Shown in pieces: positions 12,795 to 23,695 of a DNA stretch of 64,000 bases. Numbering within the stretch: position 1 is the first letter of the stretch; every line of letters begins with the position of its first letter. The translations under genes were made by a program, and so were the position numbers. The stretch comes from Kofleriaceae bacterium (GTDB taxonomy: Bacteria; Myxococcota_A; Polyangia; Haliangiales; Haliangiaceae): the NCBI GenBank assembly GCA_046597055.1, contig JBKJLC010000013.1:14117-78116 (forward strand), written 5' to 3'. Under the pieces are notes generated by a model. It saw only the letters and a program-made list of their open reading frames with translations. It ran no database searches and was not told the origin of the DNA.

Positions 12795-13352
12795 ATGCTC
12801 CCCGGTGCTCTCGGTAAGCTTCTCCCCGACCTCGATGGCAGCCGCAACGTCCTGCGCGACGCGTGGAACCTGCTGGCGGGCCTGCCCGGCGGCAAGATCC
12901 TGTTCTCGCGCCTGGTCGGTCGCATGGCGCCGTACACCGGGACCATCAACGCGCGGGTGATCACGCTCCGCCCTGGCTACTGCCAGGTCGAGCTCGAGGA
13001 CCGCAAGGCCGTCCGCAACCACCTGTCGTCCATCCACGCGGTGGCCCTGGTCAACCTGGCCGAGCTGGCCGGCAACGCCGCCCTCGCCTACGCGCTCCCC
13101 GACGATGCCCGCTTCATCGTCGCCGGCCTGTCGATCGAGTACCTCAAGAAGGCGCGCGGCACGATCACCGCGACCAGCGAGTGCCCGGTCCCGACCTCGA
13201 GCGAGCGGATCGAGTACGAGGTCCCGGTGGTCATGACCGACGCCGCCGGCGAGGTGGTGGCGCGCGCGACCCTGCGCAGCCTGGTCGGGCCCAAGGGTGC
13301 CAAGGGCGTGGCCCGGCCCAAGAAGAAGGACCGGTCGCAGCACCTCAACTGA
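12795..13352 (+). CDS. Hotdog-fold (PaaI/DUF4442-like) thioesterase
   Basis: APYTGTI, VRNHLSSIHAVALVNLAE, IEYLKKARG motifs. Confidence 0.8.
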   Translation: MLPGALGKLLPDLDGSRNVLRDAWNLLAGLPGGKILFSRLVGRMAPYTGTINARVITLRPGYCQVELEDRKAVRNHLSSIHAVALVNLAELAGNAALAYALPDDARFIVAGLSIEYLKKARGTITATSECPVPTSSERIEYEVPVVMTDAAGEVVARATLRSLVGPKGAKGVARPKKKDRSQHLN

Positions 13353-13393
13353 ACCGGAATACCGACCGGGTCCGCCGCGTCTACCGAGGTCGT

Positions 13394-14565
<1,172 letters not shown>

Positions 14566-14566
<1 letters not shown>

Positions 14567-15396
14567 TGAGGGTCGCCGCCGCCGGTCGGCTCGGGATCGG
14601 CGCGCTGGTCGCGCTGGCCGGGCTGGTCGCGCTCGCGCTCGCGCCGGTCGCGGACGCGGTCGCGGACAAGGCGGCCCGGCCGGCCGGTCGCCTCGACAAG
14701 GTCGAGGACACCGTCGCCGGTGGCGTGCACTGGCGGGTCAAGACCGACGCCGGCGCGATGCACGTGTGGGTGCCGCCCGGCTACGACCGCGCCACCGCAG
14801 GCACCGTCGTCTACGTGCACGGCTATCACACCGACGCCGACGGCGCGTGGAAGCGCTACCGGCTGGCCCGGCAGTTCAAGGCCAGCGGTCAGAACGCGAT
14901 CTTCATCGTCCCCGACGCGCCGAGCAGCAACCGCGAGCAGGTCAAGTGGCCGGCGCTGACCGATCTGCGCCGCGCGGTCGCCCGCGCCAACATCAAGCTG
15001 CCCGACGGCCCGACGATCGTCATGGGCCACTCGGGCGCGTTCCGCACCGTCATGCAGTGGGTCGATCACAAGGCGGTCGCGCAGGTGATCCTGCTCGACG
15101 CGCTCTACGGCGGCCAGCGCGCCTTCGACGAGTTCATCGGCACCGGCAAGCGCGCCCAGCACCACAAGCTGATCGTGGTCGGGGCTGATACCGCCGAGGG
15201 TTCGGTCGCCTTTGCGAAGAAGTATCCATTCGCGGTCGTGCGCGATCGGATGCCAGCGTCGTCGGGCGATTTCAAGAGCCGCGAGAAGTCGGCCAAGCTG
15301 CTCTATATCAAGTCGCAGTACGGCCACATGCAGATCGTCACCGGCGGCGCGGTGATCCCGATGCTGCTGCGGCTCACCCCGCTCAAGCGGCGCTGA
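14566..15396 (+). CDS. Secreted alpha/beta-hydrolase-like protein
   Basis: TGATG overlap with the upstream gene; signal peptide; VYVHG, GHSGA nucleophile elbow, LLDALY, late His. Confidence 0.7.
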
Positions 15397-15416
15397 CCCG
15401 GGGCTGCGGTCGGGTG

Positions 15417-15441
15417 TGGGCGCGGCGCGCAGCCGCGCCTA
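15417..15441. terminator. GC-rich hairpin after the hydrolase gene (possible terminator or mRNA stabiliser)
   Basis: TGGGCGCGGC-gcgca-GCCGCGCCTA stem-loop; no U-tract. Confidence 0.25.
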
Positions 15442-15529
15442 CCCGCCGCGCTGATTCCACGCGCCGGTCGCGATTGTTGACGCGCCCACGCAGCGATGCG
15501 GGAATCATGAGGTGACCAAGGGAGGTCAC

Positions 15530-17869
15530 ATGGCTCGTCTCGTCTCGATCGTGGTGCTCGCCGTCGCGCTGGTCACCGGTGCCGCGCGCCCGGCGCGGGC
15601 CGCACCGCAGGCCTTTCCATCGGGATCGCTGATCATCCCGATGGACGAGGCCTACCAGGACCGCGGCATGCTGCAGGCCTACGGGCTGCTGTTCCAGCTG
15701 CTGCGCCAGGGCGTGCCGGTGCAGTGGGTGATCGACGCCGACAAGACCTGGCATGCGGCGCCGTGCAACAGCGCCGCCGATCCGTGCCCGTGGGACTGCG
15801 CGATCGAGGGCTCGGGCGTGAAGTGTCCGTACCCGACCGCCAGCCCCGACTTCTTCGTCGCCGCGGTCGTGCGCTGGGACAGCGCCGGCGGCGCGCCCGG
15901 CGCCGTGATCGCGAACCACGGCTATCGCGGCGGGCCGTTCGTGATCGACGCCGCCCACCGCGCGGCGGCGATGGCGATCATCGACATCTGGAACACGCCG
16001 GCGCGCTGGGCCGCCAACCCGTGGGCGCAGCGCGCGGTCTCGAACCTGGTCTCGGTCCACGAGACCACCGCCGCGTTCACCGGCAACGTCAGCCGACCGC
16101 TGGTCGCCGCGCCGACGATCGCGGTGTTCTCCGACGGTCACGAGGACATCGCGACCGGCTACCTGCGCGCGGCCGGCATCAAGCAGTCGACCGGCGTCGA
16201 GTTCCCGGCCGGGCGCTGCGGGGCCGGCACCTGCGGGCCCGGCACCGCCAACCCGGACATGCTGACGGTCCCGAGCGTCGCCGGTGACATGGGCACCTGC
16301 GGCAGCCCCAGCAGCGACCACCAGAACGGCGCGCTGTTCACCGCCGACGGCTTGCCGGCGTACTGCCAGATCATGTCGATGCACTGGAACGTCGCCGATC
16401 GCGAGTCGGTCAAGTGCGGCGGCGGGGCGTGCCCGGCCACCCAGGCCCAGTGTCCGGCGGCGACGCCGATCACCTATCACGGTCACGAGGTGGTCGCGGA
16501 GGTCCGCTCGTTCCTCGGCTATCCGGTGCACTTCTTCGCCGAGTGCCAGGCGGTCAACGCGTACGAGAACACCACGCCCAACCCGGCCTGGCCGTTCCTC
16601 GACGATGCCGGGCGCGATGGCCACTTCCTCACCACCGAGGGCATGCCGCCGGCGTGTCCGTGCACCGAGGCCGGCTTCACCTGCGTCGCCGGGGGCTGCA
16701 ACGGGATGAGCTGTTGCCTGCCGAGCGACCTGCGCGAGCGCGGCGCCGGCTTCCTGATCGCGCCGCGCCCGACGGAGTATCGGGTGTTCCACCCCGAGGC
16801 GCCGTACAACCAGCTCGATGGCCAGTTCGCGCCGGTCGGCGGCAGCGAGCCGGCCTACAACCTCAGCACCTATCTCGGCACCCGCTACAAGAACGACCGG
16901 CAGGTCACGCTGCTGAGCGGGCCGAACGGGCCCGGCATCGAGGACGTGTGGATGACCGGGTACCTCGACGGGACCTGCGACATCACCGAGCCGCCGATCC
17001 CGCTGCAGGCGCCGACCGGCGCGTCGGCGCGCGCGCCGGCGGCCGAGCCGGCGTGCGGCGGCAAGATCAGCTATCTCGGCGGCCACGCGTTCTCGACCAA
17101 CCTGCCGATGTCGAGCAACCACGGCAGCCAGGGCGCCCGCCTGTTCCTCAACGCGCTGTTCGAGGCCGACTGCGTCACCACCGTCGGTCAACCCGGGCTC
17201 ACGCTCGCGCTCGATGGACCGCTGGCGGTCGGCGCCGCGACCCTGCCGGTCGAGGTCAGCTACGGCGCGCGCTACGAGAACGCCGGCGTGGGCGCCGCGC
17301 TGGCCGTCGTGCTGCGCGAGCAGGTCGGCCCCGGGGTCACCATCGTCAGCGCGACCGGGGCCACCATCGCCGGCGACACCGCCAGCTGGGCGGTCGGCTC
17401 GGTCAGCGGCCTGCCGCAGCGCGCGGGTGATCCGCCGGCCAGCGGCAGCCGGCCGTCGACCCTGCGGTTCGCCGCCTACGGCGACTACACCGTGACGCTC
17501 GACCTCGCCTACCAGGTCGGCGCGTCGGCCCGCGTGGTGACGCCGGTGACGGTCACCATCCACGTCGCCCCCGACGGCGATGGCGACGGGGTCCCCGACG
17601 ACAGCGATCCGTTCCCGACCGATCCGCAGCGGTGCGGCGACAGCGACGCCGACACCTGCGACGACTGCACCAGCGGCGCCCGCGACCCGCGCGACGATGG
17701 CCCCGACGCCGACGCCGATGGCGTGTGCGACGCCGGCGAGGACGGTGGCCCCGCCGCCACCGGTGACGGCGACGGTGGCTGCTGTGGGGTCGGTGGCCGC
17801 GCCGGCGGCCCGGTCGCGCTCGGCCTGCTGGTGCTGGTCGGCCTCGGCCGGCGCCGGCGCCGCGGCTGA
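15530..17869 (+). CDS. Cys-rich cell-surface protein with TSP3-like Ca-binding repeats and a MYXO-CTERM-type tail
   Basis: GGAGG RBS; signal peptide; DGDGDGVPDDSD repeats; GGCCGVGG-hydrophobic-RRRRR C-terminus. Confidence 0.85.
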   Translation: MARLVSIVVLAVALVTGAARPARAAPQAFPSGSLIIPMDEAYQDRGMLQAYGLLFQLLRQGVPVQWVIDADKTWHAAPCNSAADPCPWDCAIEGSGVKCPYPTASPDFFVAAVVRWDSAGGAPGAVIANHGYRGGPFVIDAAHRAAAMAIIDIWNTPARWAANPWAQRAVSNLVSVHETTAAFTGNVSRPLVAAPTIAVFSDGHEDIATGYLRAAGIKQSTGVEFPAGRCGAGTCGPGTANPDMLTVPSVAGDMGTCGSPSSDHQNGALFTADGLPAYCQIMSMHWNVADRESVKCGGGACPATQAQCPAATPITYHGHEVVAEVRSFLGYPVHFFAECQAVNAYENTTPNPAWPFLDDAGRDGHFLTTEGMPPACPCTEAGFTCVAGGCNGMSCCLPSDLRERGAGFLIAPRPTEYRVFHPEAPYNQLDGQFAPVGGSEPAYNLSTYLGTRYKNDRQVTLLSGPNGPGIEDVWMTGYLDGTCDITEPPIPLQAPTGASARAPAAEPACGGKISYLGGHAFSTNLPMSSNHGSQGARLFLNALFEADCVTTVGQPGLTLALDGPLAVGAATLPVEVSYGARYENAGVGAALAVVLREQVGPGVTIVSATGATIAGDTASWAVGSVSGLPQRAGDPPASGSRPSTLRFAAYGDYTVTLDLAYQVGASARVVTPVTVTIHVAPDGDGDGVPDDSDPFPTDPQRCGDSDADTCDDCTSGARDPRDDGPDADADGVCDAGEDGGPAATGDGDGGCCGVGGRAGGPVALGLLVLVGLGRRRRRG

Positions 17870-17879
17870 AGCTCTCTCG

Positions 17880-18170
17880 TCAGGTCCCGGCGCGGTACGC
17901 GGCCCACTGCGCGCGCGCGCGGACCTGCTGCCCCGCCGTGAAGTGATCCATGCAGTCGTCGGCGGTGTAGTCCATGAAGTTGTGGATCGGGTCGGTGCCG
18001 CCGCCCGGGCAGCTGTCGCGGGCGACGCAGTCGTACTGCGGCGACGCCTCGGGCGCGGTGTCGGCGACCGAGGCGCCCGGCTCGTTGCAGCCACCCTGGA
18101 AGGTCGCGACCGGGTGTCCACCGGGCGAGCCACCGATTCGCGAACGGTGCGAACGTGGGCGCCGGGCCAC
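17880..18170 (-). pseudogene. 3' remnant of an M43 (pappalysin/ulilysin-type) zinc metalloprotease
   Basis: TFQGGC...VADT..E....C...RDSCPG...[20 protein letters not shown] is the M43 C-terminus; HExxH motif and N-terminus are absent. Confidence 0.75.
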
Positions 18171-18244
18171 TCCCGCGCCGGCGGTGCGCAGCCGGGCCGG
18201 CCCGCGCGGCCACGACCGTCGAGGACCGGTGGTACCATCGGCGC

Positions 18245-19141
18245 GTGACCTGCGTCGTCCTGGCGGTGCCTGGTAGCGAAGCGGCCGCGGAGCGGCTGCG
18301 CGTGCGGCTCGGCGCCGAGGCGGCGGTCGCGCTGGTGCGCCACTTCCCCGACGGGGAGGTCTACGTGCGGATCGACTCGCCGATCGCGGGCAAGGAGGTG
18401 GTGCTGGTGTGCGGGCTCGACCAGCCGCAGGCCAAGCTGCTGCCGCTCCTGTTCCTGGCCGGCACCGCCAAGGATCTCGGCGCGCGCCGGGTCGGGCTGG
18501 TCGCGCCGTACCTGTCGTTCATGCGCCAGGACTCGCGGTTCCACCCCGGCGAGGGCATCACCTCGACCTACTTCGCGCGCCTGGTCTCGGGCGCGGTCGA
18601 CTGGCTGGTCACGGTCGATCCCCACCTCCACCGGTGGTCGTCGCTCGACGCCATCTACCAGATCCCGACCGAGGTCGTGCACGCGGCCCCGGCGATCGCG
18701 AGCTGGGTGCGCGAGCACGTGCCGGACCCGCTGCTGATCGGCCCCGACGCCGAGAGCGAGCAGTGGGTGGGCGCGGTCGCCGAGCGCATCGGCGCGCCCT
18801 ACCTGATCCTCGAGAAGACCCGGCGCGGCGATCGCGACGTGTCGGTGACGGCGCCCGACCTCGAGGGCCACCGCGACCGCACGCCGGTGCTGGTCGACGA
18901 CATCGTGTCGACCGGGCGCACGATGATCGAGACCCTGAACCACCTCGCCGGCACCGGCATGCGCGAGCCGATCTGCGTCGCGATCCACGGCGTGTTCGCC
19001 GATCGTGCCCACGACGACCTGCTCGCGGCCGGCGCGGCGCGGGTGGTCACCTGCAACACGATCGTGCATCCGTCGAACCGGATCTGCGTCGCCGACGCGC
19101 TGACGTCCGGCGTGCGGACCAAGCTCGGCCTCGACGCCTGA
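18245..19141 (+). CDS. prs: Ribose-phosphate pyrophosphokinase
   Basis: [30 protein letters not shown] and the PRPP loop [12 protein letters not shown]. Confidence 0.93.
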   Translation: MTCVVLAVPGSEAAAERLRVRLGAEAAVALVRHFPDGEVYVRIDSPIAGKEVVLVCGLDQPQAKLLPLLFLAGTAKDLGARRVGLVAPYLSFMRQDSRFHPGEGITSTYFARLVSGAVDWLVTVDPHLHRWSSLDAIYQIPTEVVHAAPAIASWVREHVPDPLLIGPDAESEQWVGAVAERIGAPYLILEKTRRGDRDVSVTAPDLEGHRDRTPVLVDDIVSTGRTMIETLNHLAGTGMREPICVAIHGVFADRAHDDLLAAGAARVVTCNTIVHPSNRICVADALTSGVRTKLGLDA

Positions 19142-19144
19142 GCC

Positions 19145-20869
19145 ATGGCCGGTCCGGACCAGGATCCCGACCCGGTCGATCCGCGGATCGGGCGGGTGCT
19201 CGACAACCGCTACCGGATCGTCGAGCCGATCGCGCAGGGGGGCATGGGCTCGGTCTATCGCGGTGAGCGGGTCAAGCTCGAGCGCGGGGTCGCGATCAAG
19301 TTCCTCCACGCCTGGGCGGTGGCCGACGCCTCGTTCATCAAGCGCTTCGAGCTCGAGGCGCGGGCGATGGCGAAGCTGCAACACCCCAACTGCGCGGCGG
19401 TGATCGACTTCGGCGTCGAGGGCCACGAGCCCTACGTCATCATGGACCTGGTCGCCGGGGTGTCGCTGGGCCGGCTGCTCGAGGACGGGCCGCTGCCGGC
19501 ACCGCGCGCGGTCGACATCGCGCGCCAGGTGCTGGCCGGGCTCGCGCACGCCCACCGTCACGGCATCATCCATCGCGACGTGAAGCCCGAGAACATCATG
19601 GTCGAGGCGACCGACCTCGGCGACCACGTGCGCATGCTCGATTTCGGCCTGGCCAAGATGATGAGCGAGACCTCGGGCAACCTGACCGGGGCGATGGTGG
19701 TCGGCACGCCGAGCTACATGTCGCCCGAGCAGAGCCGTGGCGATCCGGTCGACGCCAAGGCCGACGTCTATGGCGTCGGCGTCGTGCTGTTCGAGATGTT
19801 GACCGGTGCCAAGCCGTTCCAGGGCGAGGACGCGGGCGAGACCATGCGGATGCACCGCGAGGAGCCGCCGCCGCGCCTGATCGATCGCGCGCCCGGGGTC
19901 GCGTTCAGCACCGCCCTCGAGGCGGTGCTGGTCCGCGCGCTCGCCAAGTCGACCGTCGATCGCTACAGCGCCGCCGAGCTCGCGGTCGCGCTCGACGAGG
20001 TCGCGGACCGCCCGCCCCGCGTACCGTCGGCCGCGGAGCTGCCGGTGCGGGCGACGATGGTGCTCGATGCCGCCGAGCTGATCCCGCTCACCACCGCGCT
20101 GGCCGCGCCGACCGCGCCAGGCGCGACCCCGCCGCCGCGGCCGCTCGCGCCGCCGCGGTCGACCGCGCCGCCGGCGCCCGGTGCGCTGGCGGCGGGACCG
20201 CCGGTCGACCCGGCCCGAACGCAGACGCCGCCGGCCTCGTGGACCACGGCGCCGGCGCCGGCGACCCAGGCGCGACCCGGCCAGATCGCGCGGGCGCTGG
20301 CCGGTGCCCGCGAGCGCTGGTGGCTGGTCGCGGCCGGCGGGCTCGCGGGGCTGGCGCTGATCGTGGTGATCGTGATCCTCGTCGGCGGTGACGGCGCGCC
20401 CGCCGCAGGGCCCGCCGACGCGCGCGAGGCCGACGAGATCGAGATGCCGGTCGACGAGCGACCGGGCCCACCGGCCGAGCTCGAGGCGCTGCGCGCGCGG
20501 GTCCGCGGCGCCTCGACGCCACAGTCGGTGGTGCAGGCGCTGCAGCGGCTCGGCAGCGCGCACCCGACCAGCGCCGAGATCCCGCTGGTGCTGGGCCAGA
20601 TCTACTTCGACCGGCTGTGGGTCGACGACGGGCTCGAGCAGTTCCGGCGCGCGATCCGCATCGACGCAGCGCTACGCGAGGACCCGGCGCTGATCCGCGC
20701 GGCGCTCAACGGCCTGGGCAACGACAGCCATCACCCGAAGGTGCGGCGGTTCCTGGCGCGTGACGTCGGCGCGCCGGCCCGCCGCTTCCTCGAGGGCGTC
20801 GCGACCGGCAACTGGCGCAGGGAGGTCAAGGAGCGCGCCGCGGCGACGCTGCGGGATCTGGGTCCGTGA
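19145..20869 (+). CDS. Membrane Ser/Thr protein kinase with C-terminal TPR-like region
   Basis: GGMGSVY, VAIK, HRDVKPEN, DFG, GTPSYMSPE; Pro-rich linker and TM helix. Confidence 0.93.
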   Translation: MAGPDQDPDPVDPRIGRVLDNRYRIVEPIAQGGMGSVYRGERVKLERGVAIKFLHAWAVADASFIKRFELEARAMAKLQHPNCAAVIDFGVEGHEPYVIMDLVAGVSLGRLLEDGPLPAPRAVDIARQVLAGLAHAHRHGIIHRDVKPENIMVEATDLGDHVRMLDFGLAKMMSETSGNLTGAMVVGTPSYMSPEQSRGDPVDAKADVYGVGVVLFEMLTGAKPFQGEDAGETMRMHREEPPPRLIDRAPGVAFSTALEAVLVRALAKSTVDRYSAAELAVALDEVADRPPRVPSAAELPVRATMVLDAAELIPLTTALAAPTAPGATPPPRPLAPPRSTAPPAPGALAAGPPVDPARTQTPPASWTTAPAPATQARPGQIARALAGARERWWLVAAGGLAGLALIVVIVILVGGDGAPAAGPADAREADEIEMPVDERPGPPAELEALRARVRGASTPQSVVQALQRLGSAHPTSAEIPLVLGQIYFDRLWVDDGLEQFRRAIRIDAALREDPALIRAALNGLGNDSHHPKVRRFLARDVGAPARRFLEGVATGNWRREVKERAAATLRDLGP

Positions 20870-21023
20870 CCGACGACACGAGCTCGGGGTCGCTCGCCTT
20901 CGTGGTCTGCTCCGCCGTCTGCGCCTTGCTGGTGGCCGCTTGATCGCTGCAGCCGCTGCGGGCCATGGGCGCCGCGAGCGCGACCACGATGAACGGTGAG
21001 AACCATGAGAGGGCGCTGCGCAT
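20826..21023 (-). CDS. Possible small secreted protein (65 aa)
   Basis: AAGGAG RBS before ATG 21023; hydrophobic N-terminus then SGCSD; overlaps the kinase 3' end. Confidence 0.35.
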   Translation of the reverse strand: MRSALSWFSPFIVVALAAPMARSGCSDQAATSKAQTAEQTTKASDPELVSSVTDPDPAASPRRAP

Positions 21024-21284
21024 CCGATACTCCTTGTCCGGGGTGATTGCAGAGAGCGGGCCACCTCTTGAGTGCGCCATGCACCGAGAACGTGCCGAGG
21101 GTGGCGGGCGCGGGCGCACGGGAGATGTACACGCGCGCCACAACCGCGGGAGGTGAGCGCGAGCGGGCACGTGGGCGGCGCCGCGCGCGCGTGCGCAAGA
21201 TCGAACGTGCACGACGTTCAGCGTCCGCGTGTCCAACGAGAGATCCCGCCTGTCGGGAGTGACCGCCCGCGCCGGTGATCACGG

Positions 21285-21322
21285 TTGACAGGTTCACCCC
21301 GCAGGACTGAACATCGGATCAG
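21285..21322 (+). promoter_or_regulatory. Sigma70-type -35 element plus LexA-like SOS box upstream of imuA
   Basis: TTGACA at 21285-21290; near-palindrome CTGAAC-atcg-GATCAG at 21307-21322 lies over the expected -10. Confidence 0.7.
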
Positions 21323-21330
21323 TAGCGGCC

Positions 21331-22020
21331 ATGGGCACCGACGATCCTCACTTCGGCTCGGTCCGCGCGTTCCTCGAGCGCGCCCGGACCTCGGCCACCG
21401 CGACCGCGACGGCGCGCATCGTGACGCTCGAGCCGGAGCCCAGCGCGCCGGTGGTCACGGCGCGCTGGCAGCTCGACGAGCTGACCGGGCGGCTGGTCGA
21501 GCTGTCGGGGGTGGGCGCGGTGGCGTCCCTGACCGCGGCCGCAGCGCTGGTGCTCGAGGCCCAGGTGCGGGGCGAGCCGGTCGCCTGGCTGGCCCGACCC
21601 ACGACGACCTTCTTCCCGCCCGATCTGGCCGACCGCGGCATCGATCTCGACGCGCTGGTGGTGGTGCGGGTCCCCGACGTGACCGCGATGATCCGCGCCG
21701 CCGATCGCCTCCTGCGCTCGGGTGCGTTCGGGCTGGTCGTGCTCGATCTCGGCACCGCCGGCAGCGCCGCCGAGGTCCCGATCGCCGCGCAGGGTCGGCT
21801 GGTCGGCCTCGCTCAGCATCACGACGCTGCGATCGTGGTGATCACGGAGAAGCCGCGCGACACCGCGTCGCTGGGATCGATGGTGTCGCTGCGCGCCGAG
21901 GCGGTGCGCGAGCGCGGCGCGGGCGGCTTCCGCATCGCGGTCCGCGCGATCAAGGACAAGCGGCGCGGTCCGGGGTGGGCGGAGGTGGTGGAGGCGTTCG
22001 CGCCACCCGGGATGAAGTGA
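21331..22020 (+). CDS. imuA: ImuA (RecA-like mutasome accessory protein)
   Basis: GRLVELSG with degenerate Walker A, FFPPDLA..GIDL, LLRSGAFGLVVLD; lies upstream of imuB. Confidence 0.85.
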   Translation: MGTDDPHFGSVRAFLERARTSATATATARIVTLEPEPSAPVVTARWQLDELTGRLVELSGVGAVASLTAAAALVLEAQVRGEPVAWLARPTTTFFPPDLADRGIDLDALVVVRVPDVTAMIRAADRLLRSGAFGLVVLDLGTAGSAAEVPIAAQGRLVGLAQHHDAAIVVITEKPRDTASLGSMVSLRAEAVRERGAGGFRIAVRAIKDKRRGPGWAEVVEAFAPPGMK

Positions 22021-22068
22021 GGCCGACGTGAAGGCCGGGGCCGTGGCCGCCACCAAGGACGTGCCGTG

Positions 22069-23628
22069 ATGCGGGTCGCGTGCGTCGATCTCCCGGCGTT
22101 TCCGCTGCAGCTCTTGCTGCGGCGGGAGCCGGCGTGGCGCGCGCTGCCGGTGGTCGTGGTCGACGAAGATCGGCCGCAGGGCCGGGTGCTGTGGGCGAGC
22201 GACGGTGCGCGCGCGAACCGCGTGTTGCCGGGCCAGCGCTACGCGACCGCGCTGGCGCTGGCGCCCGGCCTGCGCGCCGGCCTGGTGCCGCCCGAGGAGA
22301 TCGCCCAGGCGCTGGCGGCCCTGGCCGAGCGCCTGCACGCGCTGTCCCCCGAGGTCATGCGCGCCGACGAGCCCGGCACGTTCTGGCTCGGCGGCGCCGG
22401 CATGGCCAGCCTGTATCCGTCGGCGACCGCGTGGGGCAAGGCGATGGCGGCGGTGCTGACTGACCAGGGCCTGGCCGGCGTGGTCGTGGTCGGTTTCTCG
22501 CGGTTCGCGACCTACGCGGTCGCGCGCGCGTTCGGCCGCGGCCTCGGCATCACGGCCGGCGCGCCCGGCGCGGCCGGCGCGGCGCCAGAGCCGCCGCCGG
22601 TGCGGGTCCACGTCCACGCGCGCGACGTCGACGAACGGCTGGCCGCGCGCTCGGTGCCGCTCGACCGGCTCGAGGTCGCGCCCGCGCTGCGCGACGCGCT
22701 GGCGCGGCTGGGCGTGACCACGCTCGGGCAGATGGTGCGCCTGCCCGGCGGCGGCATTCTCGAGCGCTTCGGCGCCGACGCCCACCGCCTGTACCAGCTC
22801 GCGGCCGGCGAGGGCTGGGATCCGCTGGCGCCCGAGCCGCCGCCCGAAGCGCCCGACGAGCGGGTCGACCTCGACGATCCCGAGATCGACGCCGAGCGCC
22901 TGGTCTTCGCGACCAAGGCCGCGGTCGAGCGCCTGCTGGTCCGGCTGGCGGACAGCCGGCGCGCGCTGGCCGCGCTCTACCTCGAGCTCGACCTGCGCCA
23001 CTCGCTCGCGCACCACGAGCGCCGGGTCGATTGCATCAAGCCCGCCGCGGCGACCCTCGACGGCCGCAGCCTGCTCGGCCTGGTCCGCCTGCGCCTCGAG
23101 CACCAGCCGCCCGCCGCCGGCGTGGTCGCGATCCGGGTCTGGGCCGACGACGTCCCGGCGACCCGCGAGCAGCTCGCGCTGTTCGCCGAGAAGCCCCGCC
23201 GCGATCTGCGCGCCGCCGACACCGCCCTGGCCCGGCTCCGCGCCGAGCTCGGCGACGACGCGATCGTGCGCGCGGTGCTCCGCCCCGGCCACCTGCCCGA
23301 GGCCCGCTTCGGCTGGGAGCGCCTCGACACCGTGGTCGCGCCCCGGCCCCGCCGCGATCTCGCCCCCGTCCTGATCCGCCGCGTCCTCGCGCGCCCGCTC
23401 CTCCTGCCGCCCCAGTCCCCCCACGTCCGCGACGACGGCTGGGTCCTGGCCGGCCTCGAGAACGGAGCGGTCGCCCGCATCGCCGGCCCCTACGTCGTCT
23501 CCGGCGGCTGGTGGGCCAGCGACGTCTACCGCGAGTACCACTTCGCCGAACTCCGCCGCGGCGACTGCCTCTGGCTCTACTACGACCGCACCCGCCGCCG
23601 CTGGTTCCAGCACGGCGCCGTCGAGTGA
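22069..23628 (+). CDS. imuB: ImuB (inactive Y-family polymerase-like)
   Basis: ACVDLPAFPLQ N-terminus, QLALF clamp-binding motif, GPYVVSGGWW...REY...W C-terminus. Confidence 0.88.
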   Translation: MRVACVDLPAFPLQLLLRREPAWRALPVVVVDEDRPQGRVLWASDGARANRVLPGQRYATALALAPGLRAGLVPPEEIAQALAALAERLHALSPEVMRADEPGTFWLGGAGMASLYPSATAWGKAMAAVLTDQGLAGVVVVGFSRFATYAVARAFGRGLGITAGAPGAAGAAPEPPPVRVHVHARDVDERLAARSVPLDRLEVAPALRDALARLGVTTLGQMVRLPGGGILERFGADAHRLYQLAAGEGWDPLAPEPPPEAPDERVDLDDPEIDAERLVFATKAAVERLLVRLADSRRALAALYLELDLRHSLAHHERRVDCIKPAAATLDGRSLLGLVRLRLEHQPPAAGVVAIRVWADDVPATREQLALFAEKPRRDLRAADTALARLRAELGDDAIVRAVLRPGHLPEARFGWERLDTVVAPRPRRDLAPVLIRRVLARPLLLPPQSPHVRDDGWVLAGLENGAVARIAGPYVVSGGWWASDVYREYHFAELRRGDCLWLYYDRTRRRWFQHGAVE

Positions 23629-23695
23629 TCCGCGCTGCCGACCGCGCTGAGAGACGGGCGCTCACGACCAGGCGGACGGGCCGGCCCGCTGAGCG

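Noticed and set aside
19065..19092. TGCATCC inside prs as a fourth ECF promoter
   Set aside because: No CGAA element at the 16-nt spacing.
15383..20563. 1726-aa minus-strand ORF and many other long overlapping ORFs (e.g. 785-2995, 21319-23613, 9532-11574)
   Set aside because: Arg/Gly/Ala-rich shadow frames of recognisable genes; expected in very GC-rich DNA with few stop codons.
21206..21222. Second LexA box upstream of imuA
   Set aside because: Only the GTTCAG half-site matches.
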